Source of the DNA: a virus
Lineage: Duplodnaviria; Heunggongvirae; Uroviricota; Caudoviricetes
Direction: 5' to 3' (one strand)
Virus record (IMG/VR): IMGVR_UViG_2778261543_000011
Length of the DNA stretch: 14,200 nt
Shown: positions 1 to 8,421 of the stretch, in pieces
Layout of the letters: each line of letters starts with the position of its first letter
Numbering within the stretch: position 1 is the first letter of the stretch
Notes under the pieces: generated by a model
What the model was told of the DNA's origin: nothing
Databases searched by the model: none
What the model saw: only the letters and a program-made list of their open reading frames with translations
Made by a program: the position numbers and the translations under genes

Positions 1-750
1 TCAGTCAATTGTTTTGTTTATTCCATCTGTGACGCCGATTATTTTCTCAAAATAATGAGATGGCGTGACACCATAATAATCTTTAAATGCACATATGAAA
101 TATGAAGTACTGTTATAGCCACATTTCTGGGCTACGACATTGATAGAATAAGAGTTTGAAGTTATGAGTTTTTTTGCATACCTCATCCTAGTATCTCTCA
201 ATATTTCAGTAAATGACGTTCCTTCATCCCTTAATCTTTTTTTTATTAAACTTTCACTCGTATAAATCAATTCCGCAATATCTTTTAAATGCCATTGCCG
301 CTCAATATTAAAACTGATTATTCCAGTAATTTTACAGGTAAATGTATTTATATTTGTTAGTATAAAAGAATTTACACTTTCGCGTTTTTTGAACATGGCA
401 AGTAAGGATATACATAGTCTTTCTTTTAACCAAAGGGAGTGTGAGTCTGCTATTTTAATCCCTTCAAACAGAGAAAAAACAAGCGATAATGGAGGTTCCT
501 CTTCAGCAATATAGCCATTCTTATCAAGAGTAAATTTGCCAGGCAGCTCATTATTCACGTCGATAAAAAAGGATAAACAAGTTTTCTTATCTATATCAAC
601 AATTCTTAGTTTAGAGGGGCATACTGGTAACTCCCTTCTAATTTTGTCGCTTACAATAAACAATGAATTTTTTTTGAACGAGATAACTCTCCTGTTTATA
701 ATTAAATCAAATGATTGACAGATGAAAACTACGGAGCAAACATAATCCAT
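1..750 (-). CDS. appY: AraC-family transcriptional activator AppY
   Basis: Complete 249-aa ORF (stop at 1-3). C-terminal AraC-type HTH ([47 protein letters not shown]). N-terminus [21 protein letters not shown] matches my recollection of E. coli AppY. Gene and the ~600 bp upstream are very AT-rich. Confidence 0.85.
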
Positions 751-1320
751 CTTGCACCTATCATAAAATTAAAACAAGTTGATAGCAGTCAAATAACAAC
801 CAATTAAATACACAATCATAATCAGGATGATGTGCATTTATATTTTTATACACAAAATTATAGTTTGCAAATTTTAATAAATTTCATTTAAGATTAAATT
901 ATTATATGTATATTGTTTTTTATTCTAACGTATTTCAAAGTTACATTTTTCAACGCTTACTATACTTTTTATTAACATAAACTCACTACAACGCACCTGA
1001 AACCTCTTGCTATATATATGTCAACCGTTTGAATTTAAAATAAAAAGAGTATCATTTTTACTTGCATTTCTTATCAAGTCACATTCAACAACAGTAAAAA
1101 AACATTATTAGAACCATTCAATTAACAAAAAAACCAACATCCAGCTTGCTTAATTTTTCTTTATTAAACGATATTGAAAATCAATTGATAAAATACATCT
1201 AAACAACCTTTTGGGGCGCAAAAGCATAACATCAAACAAATAACACACCGAAAAAACTCACAATTAATAATCTATGATATACATACTGTTTATTATGGTT
1301 GAATAAGCCACTCGATATCT

Positions 1321-1553
1321 GGTGCTACGGAAGTGTCCACACGGTTTAGCAGCACCCGATACTTTTTTCAGGCTTCCAGCAACGATCTTTCTTCCTCCGT
1401 TGCGATTTCCAGATCTACAGCATCCTGCAGTGGCGCAATATACTCACTGAATTCCTGGATGTAGAACTGTGTGGTGACGGTCTTCCAGCTATTCGGCTCC
1501 TGCTGTATTGAAGCATACCAGGCTATTTCAATATCGCTATGCTGCGGCAGCAT
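1321..1553 (-). pseudogene. tfaX: tail fiber assembly protein remnant (TfaX-like), frameshifted
   Basis: 61-aa ORF (1368-1553) ends ...[29 protein letters not shown]. The intact tfa at 4064-4639 continues ...[20 protein letters not shown] at 1340-1450 is about 90% identical to 4111-4220, and a 1-bp difference (gaagcctgaaaaaag vs gaagcatggaaaaag) creates the stop. Confidence 0.55.
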
Positions 1554-1609
1554 TTAACCCCTTGTAATTCATTGCCATAATTGATTTAATTCACAAATAA
1601 AACTATAAC

Positions 1610-2278
1610 ATGGTGAAATTAATGAAAAAAAACACAGATGATGGGGCTAAAATTTACACACCACTTACCCTAAAGCTTTATGACTGGTGGGTTTTGGGAG
1701 TATCAAATCGGCTTGCATGGGGATGTCCTACAAAGGAACACCTTCTTCCACACTTTCTGGAACATTTAGGTAACAACCATCTGGATATTGGTGTTGGAAC
1801 TGGGTTTTACCTTACTCACGTACCTGAGAGTAGTCTGATATCTTTAATGGATTTGAACGAAGCTAGCCTGAACGCGGCATCTACAAGGGCTGGGGAATCA
1901 AAAATTAAACATAAAATTAACCATGATGTTTTTGAACCTTATCCCGCGGCGTTACATGGTCAATTTGATTCCATTTCCATGTTTTACCTTCTTCACTGCC
2001 TGCCTGGAAATATATCTACAAAAAGCTGTGTAATACGCAATGCGGCGCAGGCCTTAACTGACGATGGAACTCTATACGGAGCCACAATTCTTGGCGATGG
2101 AGTTGTGCACAATAGCTTCGGTCAAAAACTGATGCGCATTTACAATCAGAAAGGCATCTTTTCAAACACAAAAGATTCCGAAGAAGGCTTAACACATATA
2201 CTCTCAGAGCATTTCGAGAATGTTAAAACCAAGGTTCAAGGTACTGTAGTAATGTTTTCCGCTTCAGGGAAAAAATAG
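1610..2278 (+). CDS. ybcY: class I SAM-dependent methyltransferase (YbcY-like)
   Basis: 222-aa ORF with SAM-binding motif I (HLDIGVGTGFY) and a downstream acidic residue (LMDLNE). Sits between tfaX-like remnant and appY as ybcY does in DLP12. True start may be the internal Met (MKKNTDD). Confidence 0.65.
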   Translation: MVKLMKKNTDDGAKIYTPLTLKLYDWWVLGVSNRLAWGCPTKEHLLPHFLEHLGNNHLDIGVGTGFYLTHVPESSLISLMDLNEASLNAASTRAGESKIKHKINHDVFEPYPAALHGQFDSISMFYLLHCLPGNISTKSCVIRNAAQALTDDGTLYGATILGDGVVHNSFGQKLMRIYNQKGIFSNTKDSEEGLTHILSEHFENVKTKVQGTVVMFSASGKK

Positions 2279-2285
2279 CATCCAA

Positions 2286-2324
2286 CCGCAGCACGTTCTT
2301 GCATAAGGCGTGTCTGCGGTTTTT
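2286..2324 (+). terminator. putative intrinsic terminator downstream of the methyltransferase
   Basis: ccgcagcacg...cgtgtctgcgg stem-loop followed by TTTTT (2320-2324), starting 8 nt after the stop codon. Confidence 0.4.
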
Positions 2325-2643
2325 CAACTATTCAGATACATCACTCCCATCACATTCATTCCTCCGCATCATAGGCATATAGGCTATATCACCTTGATAT
2401 TTTTCTTCTTCAGATAAAAACTGTTATCTATGTATACTTTTAAACCCAATCCGTGTAGAGTCTCTGCATAAGATAGTTTGCAGTTGCCACTTCAGCTTGC
2501 GCCATAAACCGCCTGATTTTTGCTGCCACCTGTTAGCATTCCTGTATACCTGAAACGACAATGTTTATCTACGAACTTTAAGAACCCCCAGGATAAAAAT
2601 TGTCAACTATATCATATATAACACATTACTAATTCGAGGCTAT

Positions 2644-2757
2644 ATGAACAGCATACTGATAATCACTTCGCTCCTTATCATATTCAGCATTTTTAGTCAT
2701 GCGCTAATAAAATTAGGGATTGGCATATCCAATAACCCAGACAAAACCGATGTATAA
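2644..2757 (+). CDS. hypothetical 37-aa hydrophobic small protein
   Basis: ATG at 2644, TAA at 2755-2757. Translation [37 protein letters not shown] has one predicted TM helix and a short polar tail. Below the ORF-track length cutoff. No obvious strong SD, so low confidence. Confidence 0.2.
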
Positions 2758-2825
2758 GTCAACATATCCTGAATCAGACATACAATATCGCAATGAAAAT
2801 CAATAATATTTTAAGGAATATCTTC

Positions 2826-3059
2826 ATGAAATCAAAAGACACCCTAAAGTGGTTCCCTGCGCAGCTTCCTGAAGTAAGAATTATCCTAGGGGATGCTGTA
2901 GTGGAAGTAGCAAAACAGGGAAGACCTATCAATACCAGAACATTGCTTGATTACATTGAAGGAAACATAAAGAAAAAATCATGGCTGGATAACAAAGAAT
3001 TATTACAAACAGCGATATCAGTTCTTAAAGACAACCAAAATTTAAATGGTAAAATGTAA
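2826..3059 (+). CDS. ydfK: prophage small protein, YdfK/YnaE-like (77 aa)
   Basis: ORF track gives 2793-3059, but the in-frame ATG at 2826 is preceded by AAGGA (2813-2817) at good SD spacing. MKSKDTLKWFPAQLPEVRIILGDAVVEV... matches my recollection of the Qin/Rac paralogs YdfK/YnaE, which also sit beside pin genes. Confidence 0.55.
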   Translation: MKSKDTLKWFPAQLPEVRIILGDAVVEVAKQGRPINTRTLLDYIEGNIKKKSWLDNKELLQTAISVLKDNQNLNGKM

Positions 3060-3375
3060 TATAATAAACTTACTTTTTTATCATTTTTCCACTTTAACAA
3101 CATTTTGCTCCACTTTTCCACGACCAAACAACTTGAAATCTGGTTAAAATAACACGCAACACTATTCTTCTTCCTTGAGTCCGCCCGGAACTCGAAAAAC
3201 AAACCGAGTTAAAGCCATTTTTCACAAAATCGATTTTGGGTCTCACCAAAATTACGGGGTTGCATACGCATTCGTTTATTTTCGAACGTGTACATACAAA
3301 TATGCACAAAAATAATCATAATTATTTTCTGAGATGCATTATGATATGAACACCAATTTCGTATAGAGTCTCACT

Positions 3376-3966
3376 ATGTCTCAAATTTTTGCTTACTGTC
3401 GGATATCAACGCTGGATCAGACCACCGAAAATCAACGCCGGGAAATCGAAAGTGCAGGTTTTAAAATCAAACCTCAGCAAATAATCGAAGAACACATTAG
3501 CGGCTCAGCAGCAACCAGTGAGCGTCCTGGTTTTAACCGGTTGCTTGCTCGCCTGAAATGTGGTGATCAATTGATTGTGACAAAACTGGATCGCCTTGGT
3601 TGTAATGCAATGGATATCAGGAAAACAGTGGAACAACTGACCGAAACAGGTATCAGAGTGCATTGCTTAGCATTGGGGGGCATTGACCTGACCAGTCCAA
3701 CAGGAAAAATGATGATGCAAGTAATTTCAGCAGTCGCTGAATTTGAACGAGACCTTTTACTTGAACGCACTCATTCCGGGATAGTAAGAGCCCGCGGCGC
3801 AGGGAAACGTTTTGGTCGACCACCTGTGTTAAATGAAGAACAGAAACAGGCGGTATTCGAACGAATTAAGTCAGGTGTAAGTATAAGTGCCATTGCCCGG
3901 GAATTCAAAACCTCGCGGCAAACCATTTTAAGAGCCAAAGCAAAACTTCAGACACCTGACATATAA
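3376..3966 (+). CDS. pin: DNA invertase, Pin/Gin/Hin-family small serine recombinase
   Basis: 196-aa ORF. N-terminal resolvase catalytic domain with serine motif ([12 protein letters not shown]), conserved [12 protein letters not shown] and [18 protein letters not shown]-terminal HTH ([20 protein letters not shown]). Neighbours (ydfK-like upstream, converging tfa) resemble the Qin pinQ context. Confidence 0.85.
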   Translation: MSQIFAYCRISTLDQTTENQRREIESAGFKIKPQQIIEEHISGSAATSERPGFNRLLARLKCGDQLIVTKLDRLGCNAMDIRKTVEQLTETGIRVHCLALGGIDLTSPTGKMMMQVISAVAEFERDLLLERTHSGIVRARGAGKRFGRPPVLNEEQKQAVFERIKSGVSISAIAREFKTSRQTILRAKAKLQTPDI

Positions 3967-4063
3967 AAAATAATCTCGGTGTGAGATGCTTTACGTCTTC
4001 CAAGCCCCCTTCCTTGCCGTAAATGGAAAGATACATCTAATTATAGAATTTATATGTTTTACC

Positions 4064-4639
4064 CTACGGCAGTGCTGGCCATTCAATATCCTGTGCAGTT
4101 GACGTATCAACACGGTTCAGCAATACCCGATACTTTTTCCATGCTTCCAGCAACGAGATTTCTTCCTCCGTTGCAATTTCCAGATCTGCAGCATCCTGAA
4201 GCGGCGCAATATGCTCACTGGCTACCTGCATCAGGTTGTTTTTTGTTTCTTCCGCCTCCCGGATCCGGAACAGTTTTTCTGCTTCCGTATCCTTCACCCA
4301 GGCTGTGCCGTTCCACTTCTGAAACTCCCCTTCCGGCGATAACCAGGTAACATTTTTCGGTAACGGACCGAGTTCAGAAATAAATAACGCGTCGCCGGAA
4401 GCCACGTCATAAACCGTTTTACCCCGATGATCTTCAACGAGATGCCACGATGCCTCATCACTGTTGAAAACAGCCACAAAGCCAGCAGGAATATCTGGTG
4501 GTGCAATATCGGTACTGTTTGCTGGCAGACCTGTATGAGGCGGAATATATGCGTCACCTTCACCAATAAATTCATTAGTTCCGGCCAGCAGATTATAAAT
4601 TTTTATGGTCCGTGGTTGTTCACTCATTCTGAATGCCAT
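4064..4639 (-). CDS. tfa: tail fiber assembly protein (Tfa)
   Basis: 191-aa ORF with conserved Tfa C-terminal module ([38 protein letters not shown]). Start codon overlaps the stop of the upstream tail-fiber fragment (TAATG). Confidence 0.8.
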   Translation of the reverse strand: MAFRMSEQPRTIKIYNLLAGTNEFIGEGDAYIPPHTGLPANSTDIAPPDIPAGFVAVFNSDEASWHLVEDHRGKTVYDVASGDALFISELGPLPKNVTWLSPEGEFQKWNGTAWVKDTEAEKLFRIREAEETKNNLMQVASEHIAPLQDAADLEIATEEEISLLEAWKKYRVLLNRVDTSTAQDIEWPALP

Positions 4640-4959
4640 TATGCAAGCCTCACAATATAGTTAAATGCGATGTTTTTGACGGTGTTTTCCGCGTTACCAG
4701 CAGCGTTAACGGTGATGGTGTGTCCATGTGAACCAATCGCAACGGAGTGCGTATGAGCACCAATACCGACAGTATGCGCGTGTGCACCTGCAGATGCTGC
4801 TGTGCCGGACAGTGAATGGCTATGATTACCATCTGTACTGGTATTCGCTAACCACCCCGTAGACATACCTACTGAGCCTTGTACACCCGTTGTTAACTTA
4901 TCCATGGATTTCATAACCCCACCTCGCAGACAAAGCGGGTGTAAATTGAGGGAATACAA
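4639..4959 (-). pseudogene. stf: side tail fiber protein, C-terminal fragment only (5'-truncated)
   Basis: About 90-106 aa with Gly/Ser-rich and HxH repeat motifs (GNHSHSLSG...[27 protein letters not shown]) typical of tail-fiber distal tips. No N-terminal shaft domain in any frame upstream. Internal Met at 4914 (MKSMDKL) is preceded by GAGGTG. Confidence 0.6.
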
Positions 4960-5040
4960 CGTATCGCAAAAAAGCAGAAACGTAACAGACTCGGAGTCAG
5001 TGAATAACTCAGGTATTGGGTTATCAGCTAATATCGAGAC

Positions 5041-5075
5041 TCAAAAAATGGAAAAACCCGCTCGACGGCGGGTTT
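5041..5075 (-). terminator. putative intrinsic terminator (minus strand)
   Basis: 8-bp stem aaacccgc/gcgggttt (5054-5075, 6-nt loop); on the minus strand it is followed by TTCCATTTTTTGA. Confidence 0.4.
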
Positions 5076-5503
5076 AAGCTGTGTGACGAAGTAACCACTC
5101 TTAACAGCATAACCAATTTTTTACGTACGTAAACCACAAAATGATATTTGCGAGAATGCTACCGAGTATTGAAAACACCACTACAAATACATAAGCAAAT
5201 CTCAACAAATAACCAACAAATAATTTCCAGTGTTATTTTTAGCCGATTTAAATTGAACCTTCAAATTACAGAGCACTTATAAATAACAGCCGTTAATATA
5301 AATTGGCTAATAGATTTATTTTTATTCAGCCAAGATCCATGAATAGGATTCGATAGAAAAAAGTTCAGATAAAAATAGAGATCTACTTCACAAATCAAAC
5401 GAGAAACCAAAACTTACATCTTGAAATAATCACATTGATTAGATGAATATTTATCGCGCAGTGACATCATTTTTTAATAATAGTTCAAAAAAAAGGGCTC
5501 ACG

Positions 5504-6586
5504 ATGAAAAAATTAACAGTGGCAATTTCTGCTGTAGCTGCATCAGTACTGATGGCGATGTCTGCTCAGGCAGCTGAAATTTATAATAAAGACAGTAACA
5601 AGCTGGATCTATATGGGAAAGTTAATGCCAAGCACTACTTCTCCTCTAATGATGCAGATGATGGTGATACTACTTATGCCCGTCTTGGCTTCAAAGGTGA
5701 AACCCAAATCAACGATCAACTGACTGGTTTCGGTCAGTGGGAATATGAATTCAAAGGCAACCGCGCTGAATCTCAAGGCTCCTCCAAAGACAAAACCCGT
5801 CTTGCATTTGCAGGCCTGAAATTCGGGGACTACGGCTCAATCGATTACGGCCGTAACTACGGTGTAGCATATGACATCGGTGCGTGGACTGACGTTCTGC
5901 CAGAATTCGGTGGCGATACCTGGACCCAAACAGATGTGTTCATGACTGGTCGCACCACTGGTGTTGCAACTTATCGTAACAACGACTTCTTTGGTCTGGT
6001 TGATGGTCTGAACTTTGCTGCTCAGTATCAGGGTAAAAATGACCGCACTGACGTAACTGAAGCTAATGGTGATGGTTTCGGTTTCTCCACTACTTATGAG
6101 TATGAAGGATTCGGTGTAGGTGCAACCTATGCTAAATCTGACCGCACTAATAATCAGGTTATCTACGGTAACAACAGCCTGAATGCATCTGGTCAAAATG
6201 CTGAAGTATGGGCAGCTGGTCTGAAATATGATGCGAACAACATCTATCTGGCTACCACCTATTCTGAAACCCAGAACATGACTGTTTTTGGTAATAACCA
6301 TATTGCCAACAAAGCACAAAACTTCGAAGTAGTTGCACAATATCAGTTCGACTTCGGTCTGCGTCCGTCCGTTGCTTACCTGCAATCTAAAGGAAAAGAC
6401 TTGGGTGCGTGGGGTGATCAGGACCTGGTTGAATATATTGATGTAGGTGCAACCTATTACTTCAACAAAAATATGTCCACTTTTGTTGATTACAAAATCA
6501 ACCTGATTGATAAGAGCGATTTCACGAAAGCATCTGGCGTTGCTACCGATGATATCGTTGCTGTAGGTATGGTTTACCAGTTCTAA
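5504..6586 (+). CDS. nmpC: general outer-membrane porin, NmpC/Lc type (OmpC/OmpF/PhoE family)
   Basis: 360-aa ORF. Signal peptide [29 protein letters not shown], porin beta-barrel motifs, C-terminal aromatic residue (VYQF). SD AAGGG upstream. Convergent with quuD as in DLP12. Full length, with no IS interruption. Confidence 0.9.
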   Translation: MKKLTVAISAVAASVLMAMSAQAAEIYNKDSNKLDLYGKVNAKHYFSSNDADDGDTTYARLGFKGETQINDQLTGFGQWEYEFKGNRAESQGSSKDKTRLAFAGLKFGDYGSIDYGRNYGVAYDIGAWTDVLPEFGGDTWTQTDVFMTGRTTGVATYRNNDFFGLVDGLNFAAQYQGKNDRTDVTEANGDGFGFSTTYEYEGFGVGATYAKSDRTNNQVIYGNNSLNASGQNAEVWAAGLKYDANNIYLATTYSETQNMTVFGNNHIANKAQNFEVVAQYQFDFGLRPSVAYLQSKGKDLGAWGDQDLVEYIDVGATYYFNKNMSTFVDYKINLIDKSDFTKASGVATDDIVAVGMVYQF

Positions 6587-6748
6587 TTTGATTACTAAAA
6601 GATATGTTGCGGGAGGCTTTGCCTCCCCAACATATAAGTGGCTCCCTCAAGCCACTTCCTTTAGGAGCACAACCTTGCTTCTAACTATATAAACCTTCTG
6701 TTATATATTACCCTTTATTTTTGGGGGCGTTGCAACGCCCCATTTTTA
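6587..6748 (+). ncRNA. ipeX: ipeX-like structured 3'UTR of the porin gene
   Basis: About 160 nt between the porin stop and a terminator, with two further stem-loops (6602-6636, 6636-6657). From memory, ipeX is described as lying between the nmpC stop and its terminator in DLP12 and phage PA-2. Confidence 0.4.
6724..6747 (+). terminator. rho-independent terminator
   Basis: Perfect 18-bp palindrome GGGGCGTTGCAACGCCCC (6724-6741) followed by ATTTTT. Confidence 0.6.
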
Positions 6749-6774
6749 ATAATTTTTAGTAAACAATTGGCATA

Positions 6775-7173
6775 TTAATTAGAGTTATTAACAACGATAT
6801 CCATCTCTAACCGGATATCTAATGCCATTAACATCCCTTCAATTATGCCCTCAGCCTTCTGTAACCTTTTCCCGATATAACCATCAGAGCAGCAATGCTT
6901 ACCTGCCAGTGACATGAATGTCATACCGACTACATAATAATCTACTAATAAATCGTGCAAATCGCTGTTGTTCTTTTTCAGACGGGCCATGCACCCGCAA
7001 ATAATCATCGCGTCATCGTCACAACATTGCGGGCGAGATTTTACTTTTGAAGTAATTAATCCCTTAAAACCGGCGGCAATGGACGACCAGGTCACATCTT
7101 CATGATTATTAGCCGCCCACGCTCCCCAACGCTCAAGAACCATCTGAATATCACGCATCAACTTACTCCACAA
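6775..7173 (-). CDS. quuD: late-gene antiterminator Q (QuuD-like)
   Basis: 132-aa ORF; sequence from [22 protein letters not shown]... matches my recollection of DLP12 QuuD. Cys-rich ([23 protein letters not shown]). Real start may be the internal Met at about 7158. Confidence 0.85.
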   Translation of the reverse strand: MWSKLMRDIQMVLERWGAWAANNHEDVTWSSIAAGFKGLITSKVKSRPQCCDDDAMIICGCMARLKKNNSDLHDLLVDYYVVGMTFMSLAGKHCCSDGYIGKRLQKAEGIIEGMLMALDIRLEMDIVVNNSN

Positions 7174-7243
7174 AAATCAGACCAGAACGCCAATTACAAG
7201 CAAAAATCAACAAAACAGTATTAGTTGATTGTTATCTCTGACT

Positions 7244-7384
7244 TCATACTCCTGCTCCTGTCAGGGTTTTGGCGTAATTCTTCAGTATTCGGTAATCGGT
7301 CAAAACAGAACCGGGGAAACGATATAAGCGCAGATGCCCCCAGCGGTGGCGAAGAAGTTCTGCCATATAAAACTCAAACATCAT
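7244..7384 (-). CDS. ylcG: small prophage protein, YlcG-like (46 aa)
   Basis: Hand-translated minus-strand [49 protein letters not shown]. Start overlaps the rusA stop (ATGA); stop at 7244-7246. Below the ORF-track cutoff. Confidence 0.45.
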   Translation of the reverse strand: MMFEFYMAELLRHRWGHLRLYRFPGSVLTDYRILKNYAKTLTGAGV

Positions 7385-7743
7385 TCATTCCCCATTTCGG
7401 TGATGGTCAGTTCCAGCCTCCCACCTTTGGTAACAGGCATCTTCACAACGCGGTAATCAACGACCTGAGCATCATCCAGCCAGAAACCTGCTTTGGTGAG
7501 TGCGTCAAAAGCGGCTTTTTGCAGATTATCCAGGTCACGGCGACGGCGATCCGGCATGTGGCACTCAATGCGGATTTTCACAGGCATAGCCAGGCCGATA
7601 TCCAGCATTGCGTTTTTAATGATTCGGGCGACGTTATCGCGGTATGCCTGCCCCTCTGCACTGACGTGCGTGCGCCCGCGATTATGGCGGTAATAGCGAT
7701 TATTGCTCGGAGGCCAGGGTAATGTGATACTGTAGGTATTCAC
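7381..7743 (-). CDS. rusA: Holliday junction resolvase RusA
   Basis: 120-aa [41 protein letters not shown]..., matches RusA; lies between the nin gene and Q as expected. Confidence 0.9.
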   Translation of the reverse strand: MNTYSITLPWPPSNNRYYRHNRGRTHVSAEGQAYRDNVARIIKNAMLDIGLAMPVKIRIECHMPDRRRRDLDNLQKAAFDALTKAGFWLDDAQVVDYRVVKMPVTKGGRLELTITEMGNE

Positions 7744-7793
7744 GCCTTAATAACCCCCTCTTTCAGCCAGATAACCTGTGTTCTCGCCATACC

Positions 7794-8207
7794 TTACAGC
7801 GCGCATTCTTTTGCATATGCAGCATCGACAAAATGTGTGCGGCGGTCGATTTCGTCGTGGCAGGCAGAACATGCAATGGTGGCAATCAGGTCTGGCGGTT
7901 TGATAGTGGTGATATCACCGGTTACGACATCAACCAGGTCTTTGGTTTCATAACCGAGATATGTGTGTTTGAGAGCATCTTTTACCCAAGCTGGAGTGGC
8001 GAACGTTTTACCCCTGCTGATGAGGTATTCACTGATTTCGCTGTACCACATGTGGCTGAGTGCATTCTGGGAAAGACTGCGTTTCTCACGCCACGGTTTA
8101 AGCACCATGCGAAAGCATTTGCCCTCCTCCAGATAAGGCTGGATCTGCCGACCGATAGCGGTGAAGTTGCCGCGATGTAATTTGATGCCGTCTTGTGAGA
8201 GGTTCAC
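7794..8207 (-). CDS. nin-region protein, NinB/Orf-family-like (YbcN-like)
   Basis: 137-aa ORF. Segment [15 protein letters not shown] resembles the lambda NinB/Orf motif (RSLDQNRKLWA, from memory). Cys/His-containing C-terminus ([11 protein letters not shown]). Sits immediately upstream of rusA. Exact family assignment is uncertain. Confidence 0.45.
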
Positions 8208-8299
8208 GCTTCACCTCCGCAGAGGTCAAACGCTAGATGCAAAGAATTGCAGGTGCATTTCTGCATCTGTGAAGGGAGAAGAGAGTTTGGATTGTATGT

Positions 8300-8357
8300 G
8301 CGCATAAACGTCCCCGTTTAGCGCAGAAGTCACCGGAGTTGTTCAGGCTCCGGTGAC
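8300..8357 (-). other. tandem stem-loops between ybcM and the nin gene
   Basis: gcgcataaacg-tcccc-gtttagcgc (8300-8324) and gtcaccggag-N9-ctccggtgac (8329-8357). No clear U-tract, so the terminator role is uncertain. Confidence 0.25.
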
Positions 8358-8421
8358 ATAATTATGCCGTGTTGATTTCCCAAAATCAAAATCGATAGAA
8401 TTGCTCCTTCTTAAAACACTT

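Noticed and set aside
536-718. 60-aa plus-strand ORF inside appY
   Set aside because: Antisense to appY; no support.
2951-3309. Minus-strand ORFs 2951-3202 and 3094-3309 between ydfK-like and pin
   Set aside because: The first overlaps the ydfK-like 3' end antisense; neither has an RBS or motif. The region is more plausibly the pin promoter/operator.
3567-3770. 67-aa minus-strand ORF inside pin
   Set aside because: Antisense to the invertase gene.
4054-4832. ORFs 4054-4350 (+), 4294-4575 (-), 4427-4660 (+), 4650-4832 (-) overlapping tfa and the tail-fiber fragment
   Set aside because: Alternative frames or antisense of tfa and the fiber fragment, both of which carry recognisable family motifs; products are proline/arginine-rich nonsense.
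4897-4925. TTATCCATGG near the fiber fragment start as a gix-like crossover half-site
   Set aside because: Only 7 outer positions match the remembered consensus half-site; the other half shows no match. Probably coincidental with the coding sequence.
3376-4959. Active G-segment-like invertible tail-fiber switch
   Set aside because: Only one fiber-tip/tfa cassette is present and no pair of inverted crossover sites was found. The second tfa copy is in direct, not inverted, orientation.
5837-6385. 182-aa minus-strand ORF inside the porin gene
   Set aside because: Fully antisense to a strongly supported porin CDS; the product is low-complexity with no recognisable domain. Likely a shadow ORF.
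7225-7722. 165-aa plus-strand ORF (and nested 7493-7693) overlapping rusA and ylcG
   Set aside because: Antisense to rusA, which matches a known protein over its full length; Arg/Ser-rich translation typical of reverse-frame artefacts.
7833-8180. 115-aa plus-strand ORF opposite the NinB-like gene
   Set aside because: Antisense overlap with a better-supported ORF that fits the nin-region operon direction; no motif.
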